The notes under the pieces were generated by a model that worked only from the letters and a program-made list of their open reading frames with translations, searched no databases and had not been told where the DNA came from. Below, piece by piece: positions 51,140-63,000 of a stretch of 64,000 bases of DNA. Within the stretch, counting starts at the first letter, position 1. Each line of letters opens with the position of its first letter. Position numbers and translations under genes: made by a program. Location: positions 74,214,001-74,278,000 of the forward strand of contig CM059430.1 in assembly GCA_030390025.1 (NCBI GenBank), given 5' to 3'. The stretch comes from Squalus acanthias. Taxonomy: Eukaryota.

Positions 51140-52344
51140 AGCTCATCCAAAATGCTGCTGCGCATAACCAAACCTGCTCAAGTTCTCACTCACGCCACAC
51201 CAAGTGTTTATTTTGGCTCTTTGTCCGCCAATACTTCAGATTTTAAACTGCGTCCTTGTGTTGAAATTTAACATTGGCCTTATCTCTGTAAACTTCTTCA
51301 ACCCTACTACATTCTAAGAACTCTGTTTTTGCCCAATTCTTGCTGCTTATGGATCCCTGTCGCTACAATTCAAAATTGGCAACCGTGCTTTCAGCCATAT
51401 GGGCCATCATCTCTAGAATTCCAAAAGTTAAACTATTCGCGAATACCCTATGCGCCTTTAAAACTCTTCCCGCGCCATTTTGACCAAGTTTTGGTCAGCC
51501 CTATAACTTTCGCCCTCTTTGTCTTCTGTCGATTTTTGTCTGTTTCGGCTTCAATGAAGTGGCATGGGATGTTTTTGTTCACGGCGCTATTTAGACGCGT
51601 ATTTCTGTCGATCTTTCCTTTAACATGGCGGCAGAGCACAGCAACCGCTGTTAAAATTCCAGCCATGCATGTTCATACTGACCGTCGGAAAGACCACGGG
51701 GTGAATTTTCTGGATGGAGAACCACGTAAAGGAGCAGTTACGCTATTGGACCGAGCTTTCTATCTAGATTTGACTATTCCAACGCACTCATGGCCGGCCT
51801 TCCCCGATCTGCCCTGGTAAACTTTAAGTCATGCAAAAATCTGCTGCCCATGTCCTAACTTGCACTAAGTCCAGTTCACCCATTACTCCTGTGCTCGCTA
51901 ACCAACATTGACTCCGGGTTAAGCGATGCCTCGGTTTTAAACTTCTCATCATTGTTTTACAAATCCCTCCCTAGCCTTGCCACTCCCTATCTCTGTAAAG
52001 TCCTGCAGCCCAACAACCCTTTGAGATATCTGTTCCCCTACAGTTTTGGCCTCTTCGAGCATCCCCGATTTTAATTGATCTACAGTTGGCAGCCGTGTTT
52101 TCAGCTGCCAAGGCCTTAAGCTCTTGCATTCCCTCCCTACATCTCTCCGCCTTTCTGCCTCTCTTTACTCCTTTAAGACAATCCTTAATACCTATCTTTT
52201 TGACCAAGCTTTTGGTCATCTGCCCTAATATTTGCTTAACTGGTCCTGTGTCTAATTTTCTCTGTTAATGCTCCTGTGAAGCGCCTTGGGACATTTTACT
52301 GCTTTAAAGGCGCTATATCACATATGAATTGTTGTTGTTGTTGT
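51140..52344 (+). mobile_element. Two L2-type LINE 3' fragments (51140-51600, 51830-52344)
   Basis: IQNAAA, ITPVLA..LRVKRCLGFKLL-like; ends aaggcgctat..(tgt)n. Confidence 0.75.
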
Positions 52345-53187
52345 AGCGCAGGAGACTGAGGACCCAGGAGAAATCCTGTGCCTGTGTTTCTGGGGTTTCC
52401 ATAAGTTTCCCACCTCAGTTCCACGTGAGAATGGTGATATCCAACAGGGTATCTGAGCCTACCTATTTATATATCACACCAGCAACTATTACTCACAGGG
52501 CTACATCGGTATCCTGGCAAAATTTTGGCGAATAATTGGGACAAGCCCTGTGGAGCATTACTTATTACTGAAAACTATTGCTTATATCTTTCATTCCTTT
52601 ATTATCCTTACATTTATTTTGACGTCAGAGTGAGATGGTTCACAGTCCATATTTATAGCAGTTATGCAACCCTTGTTATGCATCAGATTTTTAAGTTGCA
52701 GCTCAAGTAACAATGAGAGATGGGGAATACCCCTGCGGAAATTCGACAACTATTGCTCTGTAATATCGTCCGGGTTTTCCGGCTCTCCAGCTTTAAGTTT
52801 GCGATGAAACCGGCTGCATATCTAGAGAACTATATAAACTAACATACACAATATTTGTTGAGACAGTTATTTCCTTTCTCTGGGAGTTCAGTCAGTTTCT
52901 GCTGACATTAGCGTGAACGACTGATGGCTGCGCATGAAAGTTTATTGACCACCTGTCCAATGCGAGCATCATTAAAATGGTGTGGTTCTTGTATCTTCTT
53001 TTCCAGAAGTGATCGAAAGGCTGCAGGATTTCCCTGGTTTATTGAAGAGCCGCTAATTGCTCTTCTTTCTGATCTAATCTCTTTACTTCCGCGGGTACAA
53101 TTATTATTTCCTCCATCTTTCTAAAGTCAGAATAATGCTTTGAAATTATCAACTCATCAGTAAATTTGAGTAAAGCTGAATTTTTAC

Positions 53188-53301
53188 CTTTGAGTCTATG
53201 TAATTTCAGTAGTTTCAAAATGGTGATCACCAGTAGTAGAATTAAAAATCCAACTCCTAAACAGGGATAAAGGAACACGAGTGGAAAACCATGATACGTA
53301 T
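53188..53301 (-). CDS. Gene B transmembrane exon
   Basis: gtcttgcag|DTYHGFPLVFLYPCLGVGFLILLLVITILKLLKLHRLK G|gtaaaa, 114 nt, phase 1/1. Confidence 0.88.
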
Positions 53302-56013
53302 CTGCAAGACAAACAGAACTTCTACCTAAAAATCTAAGTGATTGATAAAAAAAAGGTTATATTACTTTTACAAGCCTGGCGCTGTGAATGATCAGACTCT
53401 GAATTCAAAAGAAATGTAAGGTTAATAAAGACATATAGAAATAAGCTCTGAAATTCTGCGGAGGTCTTCTCGGGGTCTCACAATAATTTTGTGCGCGGCT
53501 GTCGCTCTTTCCCCCCACCCCCACCCCGCACTTCGACGAGAGATTAGCAGCAAACCCAGATAAATAGTTTAAATGTCTCGCTTTATTTATGTACATTATT
53601 TCTCTGAGGTTTTCGCTCGACTCGCATTTCAATTCTGACGCCAGATCAGAGATACCTCATGAAACCTCCTTATCTGTGACATTTGTCTTGGTATTGACGT
53701 TTCTCTCTCTGCCGCCGCTCTTCTACTTCTCTGTCCTTCTCTTTCCCCTTTAGGTCTCTGCCTCTAAGTTAGTTCCGTTTCTATTTCAATCCTCTTCTGC
53801 TTCATTCTCTGAATCTATGCTCTATCCTCGGATGTTGGAGTTGGTGAGTGGCACAATGTGCTGTGAAAGAGGAATGGGTAACTCATGCACCGGGCTGCAT
53901 TTTGGGTGGGACTACAGTGAAACTCTGGGCATCAGTGACTGATTTCAACTCCTCTCTCCCATTATTTATGTTTCATCGATCGTCTTGCTGCTATGCCTCT
54001 CCCATCCCATTACCTTTCCACTGCGACCTTCCCTTCTGATCACTCCTCACTCTGATTTTGCTCTGTGGCTTCCTTAGTGAACGATCCACTCATACCCTAA
54101 ATACTTCTGCAGACTTGATTCATTGTCGCTCACCTTAACTTAAATCCTCTCTGCACTTCGTCACGTCTGCACTTCCATTCACTCCTCCTTGGTATTTGAT
54201 GAATCGTACAATCATCGAATCTTACAGCACAGAAGAGGGCTGTTCTGCCTATTGTGTCTGCCGCCTATTTAAAAGAGCTATCTCGTTAATCCTACTCCTC
54301 CGCTGAGAGGTCTATGACACCTTTACCATTTGCCACTTCATGCCTAGTACTAATGCTCAGCCTTCGTAATCCTTTCCTTGGAAGAGCCTGCATTTAGTTA
54401 AACTTGCTCTTTTGAAAGAAATTAAACTCGAATGAAGAATAATCTCTTGTTCTCTGCCTTTCCCCCTATCTGTATCCCTGAGGTAATTTTAACTTTTAGT
54501 TGTGAGCACATAATAGGTGAAAGCGAATTGGAAGATCGTTTTGCACCCTGGTCAGTTTTCTGTGAACATTTGGCCTAGCCATACAAGTTAAAATTACTTC
54601 CTCTGCCTCTGATCCTCATGTGTTTGCATTAGAATGTTAGTCTGGCAGCTTTAAAGAATTGAAAATTCACCTTATTAAATGTCACGAAAACATAAACCAC
54701 AGGCGAGACAATTAGATTGCTTAAAATTAAACATTATTTTGTTGAAAATATTCACCCGAAGAAAGAAATGAGCTCTCCCTTTATACCCTCCCTTTCTCTC
54801 GCTTTTTGGCGTGCCTTGGTTCTCGCTATCTCTGACATAAGGATGATTCTATGTTTCTCTGTTGCTCAGTTTAATAAACTTTCTGTAGTTTATGTAACAC
54901 AAAACATAAGATAATAACAACGTGTGATCGTAATGCTGTTCTTTTGTCAAATCCACTCGGTCACACAGACAAACGCACAAAAATGTTTTCTTTAAAAACT
55001 GAATATAAACTCTTCTGGATGCAATAAATATTCTAACATGTGTCCTTTTGTGCATAAATCAACAGCTGTCTAAATGCTACTATTACACTTAACATGCTCA
55101 AACTGCATCACTTAAATTTAGCTCATAATGTGAAAAAGCTGCGCAAAAATATTAAGTCCAAGTCTATACTTTGGAGGCAATCAAATAATAATTAATTGAA
55201 TAAAATGAAAGACGGAAAGAGAATTAATTCGATACATGCTATTTCTTAATAGATGGCACTTTGTGTTCCCTATGTTGTATAATCTCTTATCGTTCATATT
55301 AGATATTTCCATTGCTGCACAAATAAAAATCTTCAAAATAACGAATATTAGATAAACAAATAGAACTGTTACCAGCCTCATGGAACGATGCTCGAGTTCT
55401 GAAAGATTTATCCATTAATCTCAAATTCCTGAAAGGCTCGGTCATTTGATGCAGCACCCGCCTAAGTTCTGAATACATACTGGTGGAATTTTCGCGATAG
55501 GATTTTTTTCCGACTCGACTTTTAACTTTAGCGGATGATCCGCCAACCTCGGACAATCTGCCTAAATCCCCGTGCAAACAGCCGGTAGTAGGGCCCAAAT
55601 TTCACCGGGGTGTGGGGGGACAGGGGGAGGGTGGTCTTTGGCGAGAGTTTTGAAGAATCCGCCGGAGATTAGGGACCAGGACGTCGCAGGTTGATGCATT
55701 TCCGGTACTTGCTCATTATCAATTGGGACGGAAATTTACTTATATCCGGGCTGGAAAAGGGACAAAAATGTAGAATTCGTACTTCTGATAAATGTACAAA
55801 TGTACCTGCTAAGGAAGGGACCAGATCGTTTTAACTGTAATTGGAATGATTTCCAGGAATTGCTTAGCCTCGCACATAAACAATAGAAGCAAAGGAAGCG
55901 CAAAGTGGCGCCCGCAGTCCATGATGATAAATCTCAGTTACTATTAAGACAGTTTTCTACTTATATTGAAATTATAGACGTCGTTTTATTTGAGAAACAT
56001 GCACGCCACTTAC

Positions 56014-56318
56014 CTGAAAGGTGAATAACGTGATATACACGTGCACCAGTGTGAAGAGAGACGTGTGATATCTGACAGGTATAATTCGTTCCGCTCTGCA
56101 AAGAAACTGTTTCATGGAGATAACTGGAAACTTCATACAGTCCCGCTGTGTTCTGTTTTTTATTTAGTTCATACCGCTCTGAATTTCGGATCTATTTTTA
56201 AACCAAGTGATATTCAGCCTTTCCGGGAAAAACGCAGCCGTTTTACACTCAAGAGTCAAAGAAGTCGATGACACAGTTCTAAGCACAGAGGAGAAGATCT
56301 GTAAAGGCGTCGGAGGAA
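56014..56318 (-). pseudogene. Gene B C1-set exon with 1-nt deletion (305 nt)
   Basis: tttccacag|PPTPLQIF..LTLECKTAAFFPERLNITWFKNRSEIQSG(-1 at ~56171)ELNKKQNTAGLYEVSSYL..NYTCQISHVSL..|gtaagt. Clearly homologous to the 306-nt gene A C1 exon. Not shown in the ORF track. Confidence 0.92.
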
Positions 56319-57840
56319 CTGTGGAAAAATTGTTTGACATTTTATCTTCAGTTCATTTGATAACCAGTGTGGACTGAAATCCAAAAAACAATAAGGAGGT
56401 CAATAATCAGCTGAAATAGAACACGTCCAGTTTCACATTAACACGGTAATTATATAAAGTTGGCGCTTATATTTTCAGTATGTTAACTACGCAAATATAA
56501 TTAATGTCAAGATAAAATGTACAGGCTCATGATATTTTATAAATATGATTGTCAGTTAAAGAAATCTTCTGCTGTATAGTTAACTCCGTTGTCAAAAGTT
56601 TCATAGAGCTCATCTCCATTTGACTTATGGTTAAAATCGGTTTATTTTGGCGGCAGTTTAAAAATGTTCTCAGTCAACTATTGATGTTTCTTTACCCGAA
56701 ATAAAATATTGCATAATATAAAGACATGGTCCAATGATAAAAGCTCTTCTGCACATTTGATTTCCACCTCTCGAATAAGAATCTCCCTGTTTTCCAAATG
56801 TGCCCAGTAACTGATCAAGCCGATGTGTCAAATTTTCGTAAGGGAAAATGGAACAAAAATTCTGCGCAAGTCCCATCAGGTTAGCGCTATTACTTCAAAT
56901 GGGAAACTTGCAGAAACCTCAGAGGCCTATATAACCGTCCGTTTTTATTCATTTATCACGTTGAAATGGAGCTTTTGACGGTGTCCCGGTGGCAGCCCCA
57001 CTTTACTTCGTGACCGTAGAGATCTTATCGCCAGAGAATGTTACATGGATTTTTTTGGCTTTGCTGAATTTTGGTCTGAAACGGGACTGATGCATTCCTA
57101 ATTTCCTCCTTCTCTCCACATCTTAACATCATTTAACTTTAATCAATTTTCAGAAGTGTTTCAAATCTTGTAATCCAATTAGCATTGAGCAGTAACTGTG
57201 AGCAAGTATTCGCTATTCGAAAATAATCTTTACGTGCAACATTATTCTTCCAATTCCCGCCTTTTCATTTTCATCAGAAAAAAGTCAATATGTCCCCTAT
57301 ATGTTGAGTAGCAGAAATTTACAGCACGAAAAAAAAATACGGACTTCACATTCCCGACGAGTTTTCCCTTCCACCGTAACCTCGGCTGAAAATAATTTCA
57401 AATCCTTGAAAAACCACGCTTTTAGCACTTGCGCTGTTTGTCCGGAGTTACCAGAATCTCCCTTTGAATATCCTGGGCATCGAATATCCTTGTGTCCTTG
57501 CACGTGATGGTGTTACTACGCGCCTGCTGTCCTTGTCCTTCAAGTTGGTAGCGGTCGCGGGTTTGGGAGTTGCTGCCGCAGAAGCATTGACAGTTGCAAC
57601 AGTGCATCTTGTAGATGATACACACTGCAGCCACGGTGCGCCGGTGGTGGATGGAGTGAATGTTTAAGGTGGTGGATTGGGTGCCAATCAAGCGGGCTGA
57701 TTTGTCCTGGATGCTGTCGAACATCTTGAGTGTTGTTGTAGTTGCACTCATCCAGGCATTTGGAGACAATCCCATCACAATACTGACCTGTGCCTTGTAG
57801 ATGGTGGAAATGCTTTTCGGAGTCCACAAGTCTGTGCTAT

Positions 57841-58142
57841 NNNNNNNNNNNNNNNNNNNNNNNNNNNNNNNNNNNNNNNNNNNNNNNNNNNNNNNNNNNN
57901 NNNNNNNNNNNNNNNNNNNNNNNNNNNNNNNNNNNNNNNNNNNNNNNNNNNNNNNNNNNNNNNNNNNNNNNNNNNNNNNNNNNNNNNNNNNNNNNNNNNN
58001 NNNNNNNNNNNNNNNNNNNNNNNNNNNNNNNNNNNNNNNNNNNNNNNNNNNNNNNNNNNNNNNNNNNNNNNNNNNNNNNNNNNNNNNNNNNNNNNNNNNN
58101 NNNNNNNNNNNNNNNNNNNNNNNNNNNNNNNNNNNNNNNNNN
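57841..58142. other. Assembly gap (302 N)
   Basis: Run of N in the gene B V-C1 intron. Confidence 1.
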
Positions 58143-58196
58143 TTTCATTATTTCTGAGTTTTATCGACATTTAGATTAGTATGCAACGCCACTTAC

Positions 58197-58517
58197 GAAA
58201 TACAATTAGATCTGTGCCATTTCCATCAACAAATTCGGATGTCCCAACTTGCACTCTGCTTTTATAGACTCCAGAGTCGTGGAATGTCACATTCTGCAGA
58301 TGAAAGGAAACTGTTCCATTCTGTAGAGCTTCAAATTTTCTACGGTTGTCAGGCGTTACTGTTATCAATTTTTTGTCTACGACCTTGCCCCAGAAAACAT
58401 TTATTTCCTCGTCCTTCTTTAATCCAGATACCGTGGCAAGTAGGGTAACGTTTTCACCCCTTTTCACCGCTACAGATTCGGGGAACTGAGTGCATTTCAG
58501 GGAAACATCTTCGGCAG
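58197..58517 (-). CDS. Gene B V-set exon with joined J motif, lacking both canonical Cys
   Basis: ttccgacag|CT GCC.. = AEDVSLKCTQFPESVAVKRGENVTLLATV..INVFWGK..PDNRRKF..SFHLQNVTFHDSGVYKSRV..FVDGNGTDLIVF|gtaagt. 321 nt open, phase 1/1. Confidence 0.92.
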
Positions 58518-58734
58518 CTGTCGGAAATAGATATCATAGCAGAATATTTACTTGATAAACAGAAGAATATGAAGAGTTAAAATGCAGAACAAAGCAGTGA
58601 CGAGCACAATACGGCAATGTAAAGCACAGCGTTTAATACGTGACCAATAAAACAGGACAAAGAGAAATATAAAACTTGATCAATTACCAATATTTTGCTA
58701 CTGCAGAACCTGTTATATGAAATCGGTCACATAC

Positions 58735-58800
58735 CTGTGCAGAAAATCCACAGCATGGCACAATACTGAAAAGCAACGTTCGAAACAAACTTAAACCCAT
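58735..58800 (-). CDS. Gene B leader exon
   Basis: ATG 58800, MGLSLFRTLLFSIVPCCGFSAQ|gtatgt, hydrophobic signal-like. Ends phase 0, whereas the V exon starts phase 1. Confidence 0.65.
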
Positions 58801-59215
58801 CACTGAGTTTAGCGTTTTCGAAACTGCAATGTGACTACAGTTACAGTGACGTGTAAGATGTTAACATTTCTAAAGAGATTTGCAGCCCTCTGAGGAACTG
58901 GGCTGGGCAGGGTGAAAGCTCCGCCTACAACGTGCAGTGTGTCAGTTCGCTGTTCCGCTCCTGCAACTCTCACTCAGGAAAAATACAAAACACAGGTTTG
59001 TTGACCGCACGAACAGAATAAAATTCCTGAAAAAAGTTCCGTACCTTACCGACTTTCAATATTCTTCGTCGTCTTCAGAAAATTAAAATTTGAATTTAGA
59101 TCTACTGCTGCTCTTCCGGAAGGGTTTGCGCACACATGTTGTGAGATAACGCTAATGATTGCAATTAAAACATCGCAATGCGTCCAGCCCATCTGGTGTG
59201 TGGCTCGTCGGGGAG

Positions 59216-60915
59216 TCATAAGAACATAAGAACATAAGAATATAAGAAATAGGAGCAGGAGTAGACCATTCGGCCCCTCGAGCCTGCTCCGCCATTCAAT
59301 GAGATCATGGCTGATCTGATCCAACCTCAACTCTAAAGAACACAAGAAGTAGGAGCAGGACCAGGCCACTCGGCCCGTGGGCCCACACCGCCACCCACAG
59401 GGCCTTGAACGATCCGAACTCAAACTCATGTCCAATTTCCAGCCCGCTCCCCGTAACCCATTATTCCCTTTACTTCTAGGAAACGGTCTATTTCTGTTTT
59501 AAATTTATTTCATGAAGCAGCTTCCACAGCTTCCTGGGGTAGCAAATTCCACAGACCCACTACCCTCTGAGTGAAAAAGTTTCTCCTCATCTCAGTTCTG
59601 AAAGAGGAGCCCCTTATTCTAAGATTATGTCTCCTAGTTCTATTTTCACCCATCATTGGGAACATCCTCACCACGTCCACCCGATCAAGCCACTTCACAG
59701 TCTTATATGTTTCAATAAGATCGCCTCTCATTCTTCTGAAATCCAATGAGTAGAGTCCCAATCTACTCAACCTCTCCTCGTATGTCCAGCCCCTCATCCC
59801 CGGAATTAACCGAGTGAATCTTCTTTGTACTGCCTCGAGAGCAAGTATGTCTTTTCTTAAGTATGGACACCAAAACTGTATGCAGTACTCCAGGTGCGGT
59901 CTCACCAATACCCTATACAACTGCAGAAATACCTCCCTGTTTTTATATTCTATCCCCCTAGCAATACAAGCCAACATTCCATTGGCTTTCTTGATCACCT
60001 GTTGCACCAAGATCCACGGATCCCATTGTACTGCAGTACTTTCCAGTTTCTCGCCATTAAGATAATAACTTGCTCTCTGATTTTTCCTGCCAAAGTGCAT
60101 AACCTCACATTTTCCAATATTGTATTGCATCTGCCAAATCTCTGTCCACTCACCCAGCCTGTCTATATCCCCTTGTAGGTTTTTTATGTCCTCCTCACTC
60201 TCTACTTTCCCTCCCATCTTTGTATCATCTGCAAACTTTGATATGTTACACTCGGTCCCCTCCTCCAAATCGTTAATATAGATTGTAAGGAGTTGGGGAC
60301 CCAGCACCGACCCCTGCGGAACACCACTGGCTACTGTTTGCCAGTCCGAGAATGAACCATTTATCCCAACTCTCTGCTTCCTGTTAGATAACCAATCCTC
60401 CACCCATGCCAGAATATTACCCCCAATCCATTGATTTTTTATCATGAGTAATAATCTTTTATGTGGCACCTTATCGAATGCCTTCTGGAAGTCTAAATAC
60501 ACTACATCCACTGGTTCCCCTTTATCCACCATGTACGTTATGTCCTCAAAGAACTCAAGCAACTTTGTCAGACTTGACTTCCCCTTCATAAAGCCATACT
60601 GACTTTGTCCTATTAAATTATGTTTATCTAAATGTTCCGTTACTGTCTCCTTAATAATAGACTCCAAAATTTTACCCACCACAGATGTTAGGCTAACTGG
60701 GCTATAATATCCAGCCTTCTGCCTACAACCCTTTTTAAATAAGGGTGTTACATTAGCAGTTTTCCAATCTGCCGGGACCTTTGCTGAGTTCAGGGATTTT
60801 TGGAAAGTTATTACCAAAGCATCCACAATTCCTACTGCCACTTCCCTCAAGACCCTAGGATGTAAGCCATCAGGTCCAGGGGATTTATCCGCCTTGAGTC
60901 CCATTATTTTACGGA
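59216..60915 (-). mobile_element. Young 5'-truncated CR1 LINE with an open 464-aa RT fragment (59510-60904)
   Basis: YLDFQKAFDKVPH, GVPQGSVLGP, KFADDTK; (aagaacat)n tail. Confidence 0.95.
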
Positions 60916-61639
60916 GTCAGCTCAAGGTTAGTCTGAAATAGACCACGCCCAGGCCATTAATTGTTATTGTACCTGTCACAATGTGGAGGGTGTAAATTCA
61001 CACACGATTTAACCTAAGACTAAAATTGGGGGCTTACCACCACCCATTACCTGCAAAATAATAACGAAAGACCGGCGGCCACCACTCCTTCGCCAGGTGG
61101 TGGCGGGCCCCACGGCGTCTTCCATTTTCGACGTCCCGGTAGCATTGCCGGTCAGTAGTAGTGCCCTGCAAAACTACATGGCGGAATTCTGACGTCTGCA
61201 GAAGAGGAGGAAGCAGAAGGGAGAATGGATTCAGGACGGACACTTTCTGGCCGGAATATCCTAACTTAAATCATCCTCCTGCGTTCCCAGTTACCTAAAA
61301 TTCAGTTCCCCTTTCAAATTTAGTCCCAAATCTTACCTTCATCAATGACGTGCAACGCCGAGTTAAATTCACCACGGACAACTTTGACCCAATGGTGGAG
61401 TTCAGTGCTGGGTCATAAACATGTCAAGGAAACCCAGCGTGCAAACAGCCTGACAGAGGCACTGTCAGCAAATCTTAAAGGGATACACACATCTTTCAGT
61501 AAGGTATTTAAATTCTGGACTGGATTTTTTGTTTTTTGCTGAAGAAGTGGCTTGCCGCAATAGGTGATTTAAAAAAATAATTGTGGAGAGAGTGCTGCTG
61601 GAAATTGCAAGGCCTCGGATGATAAAGGAAGGCCTCTGA

Positions 61640-61770
61640 GAAGATAGAAAACGCAGCAAATACTAAACAGGTCAGGCAGCATCCGTGGAAAGAGAAACAG
61701 AGTTCACATCTCAGGTCGAGATGCTGCTTGACCAGCTGAGTAGTTCCAGTACTTTATGTTGTCATATCAG
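61640..61770. mobile_element. Short palindromic nonautonomous repeat (Penelope-derived type common in sharks)
   Basis: caggtcaggcagcatc..gatgctgcttgaccagctg inverted repeat. Confidence 0.5.
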
Positions 61771-61779
61771 ATTTACAGC

Positions 61780-63000
61780 AATCACTTCCAGAGGGAAGAG
61801 GAAGACACATAATAGTAAGAAGCAGAAGAGGAGGTAGACAAAGAGGAAGAAGCAGAGAGGAGGAATCAACAGGGAGAATGCATCACAGACAGCCCCTTTG
61901 TGGACTGGATATCCTGGATCGAATCATCTGCCTGCAGTCCCAGTGACCACAAACACAATTCCCCTTTCAACATCAGTCGCACATCTTACCTTCCCTCTGT
62001 TCCTGACTATTACAGCTTCTGCTTGGCCAAAATGCTAAAATAAAAGCCACCACAAAGCAAACTTTCCAATCTAACTCTATACATCTAGCCATCCAAAATG
62101 AGATCAAGAAATCAACTCATCTCACTTATGCATTCTCCTAATATCTTTCTTGTGTGTGCCTTTGACTATCCTACTGTTGTCAAGCAGTGCTACCACATTG
62201 GCTGCGGCATCGCTGGTGGAAGGCTGCTGACTTTCAGTGGGGGACAAAGCAAATGGCCTTGCTAGTCGCCCATGATGAGCTGGGGGCTGGGAGTGTCAAA
62301 TCTATCTTCTTCTTCTTCACTCTCCTCTCCCTCTTATTGGTCAACGCAGGCTGGCCAGCCTGCGTTTCTTGGGTGTGTGACATGATGAAGGTGCAAAGGT
62401 GAAGTTGTTTCAGGGGAGGGCGGGAAAGCAAGATGTGCATGCCAGAAGGAAGAAAACGTCTAAGGATACCAGCATCTTGTATCCAGAATGGCCTACAATG
62501 CCTTCGCTAAGGAGGTGAGTTGAGGCTATGAATGGGAGATGTGCCTCGTGATTCGTACAGATTGTTTGTGGATGAGTGATTGGCGAGTGGGGGTGGGCAT
62601 GAGCTCTGCATTGAGCAATGCGTGAGGCTAGTGATGCAGTTGGTAGGAGACTACTTTTAATGATGCATTCACTGACCTTGACCAGTGTTCTGATGTCATG
62701 AAGCTTCTTTGGGCACAAGAGTCAGGTGGTGGAGGCGGCACTGCTGGCACTGACGGACTCGGTGATCGTTCATTCTGGAGGGCTTCCTAATTTCTGTGCG
62801 TGGAGGACCTTTTGAGTGTTGACCCCCTGCACAAAGCTGGATTGCTGCGTGCGAGACTATGGGTCTCCCTTCCTTGGCTTGCTGAGCCATTTGTGTTAGT
62901 GCTGAAGCACCTTTCCCAATTTTGGAGGTTTTGAAAGGAATCATGTTGAAGTGCTGAAAAATCTCATTTGGGACCTCTTGTTAACCGTAAATATTTTATT
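61780..63000 (-). mobile_element. Harbinger remnant: Myb/SANT-like gene fragment (minus) and Glu-rich transposase tail (plus)
   Basis: ..CPKKLHDIRTLVKV|gtcagt resembles the C(R)KKFxD motif of Harbinger Myb/SANT proteins. Acidic GAG/GAA run 61790-61865. Confidence 0.55.

Larger units (their letters stand above)
48157..58800 (-). pseudogene. Gene B: VJ-C1-TM-ITIM receptor paralog of gene A, frameshifted in this assembly
   Basis: Exons: leader 58735-58800, V 58197-58517, C1 56014-56318, TM 53188-53301, cyt1 ~50960-51036, Tyr-motif exons 49726-49836 and 48157-48314. C1 has a 1-nt deletion, and the leader/V phases do not match. An assembly gap lies in the V-C1 intron. Confidence 0.85.

Noticed and set aside
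53039-53187. ORF continuation after the gene B TM exon as coding sequence
   Set aside because: Read-through past a G|GTAAAA donor. The putative next acceptor gives only a 67-nt intron and an early stop in the matching phase.
57775-58179. ORFs made of X residues
   Set aside because: Artefacts of the N gap.
23832-58517. Rearranging Ig/TCR locus
   Set aside because: V and J motifs lie in one exon followed directly by a splice donor. I saw no RSS heptamer/nonamer at the V ends, and the genes have ITIM tails and uncharged TMs unlike TCR/Ig.
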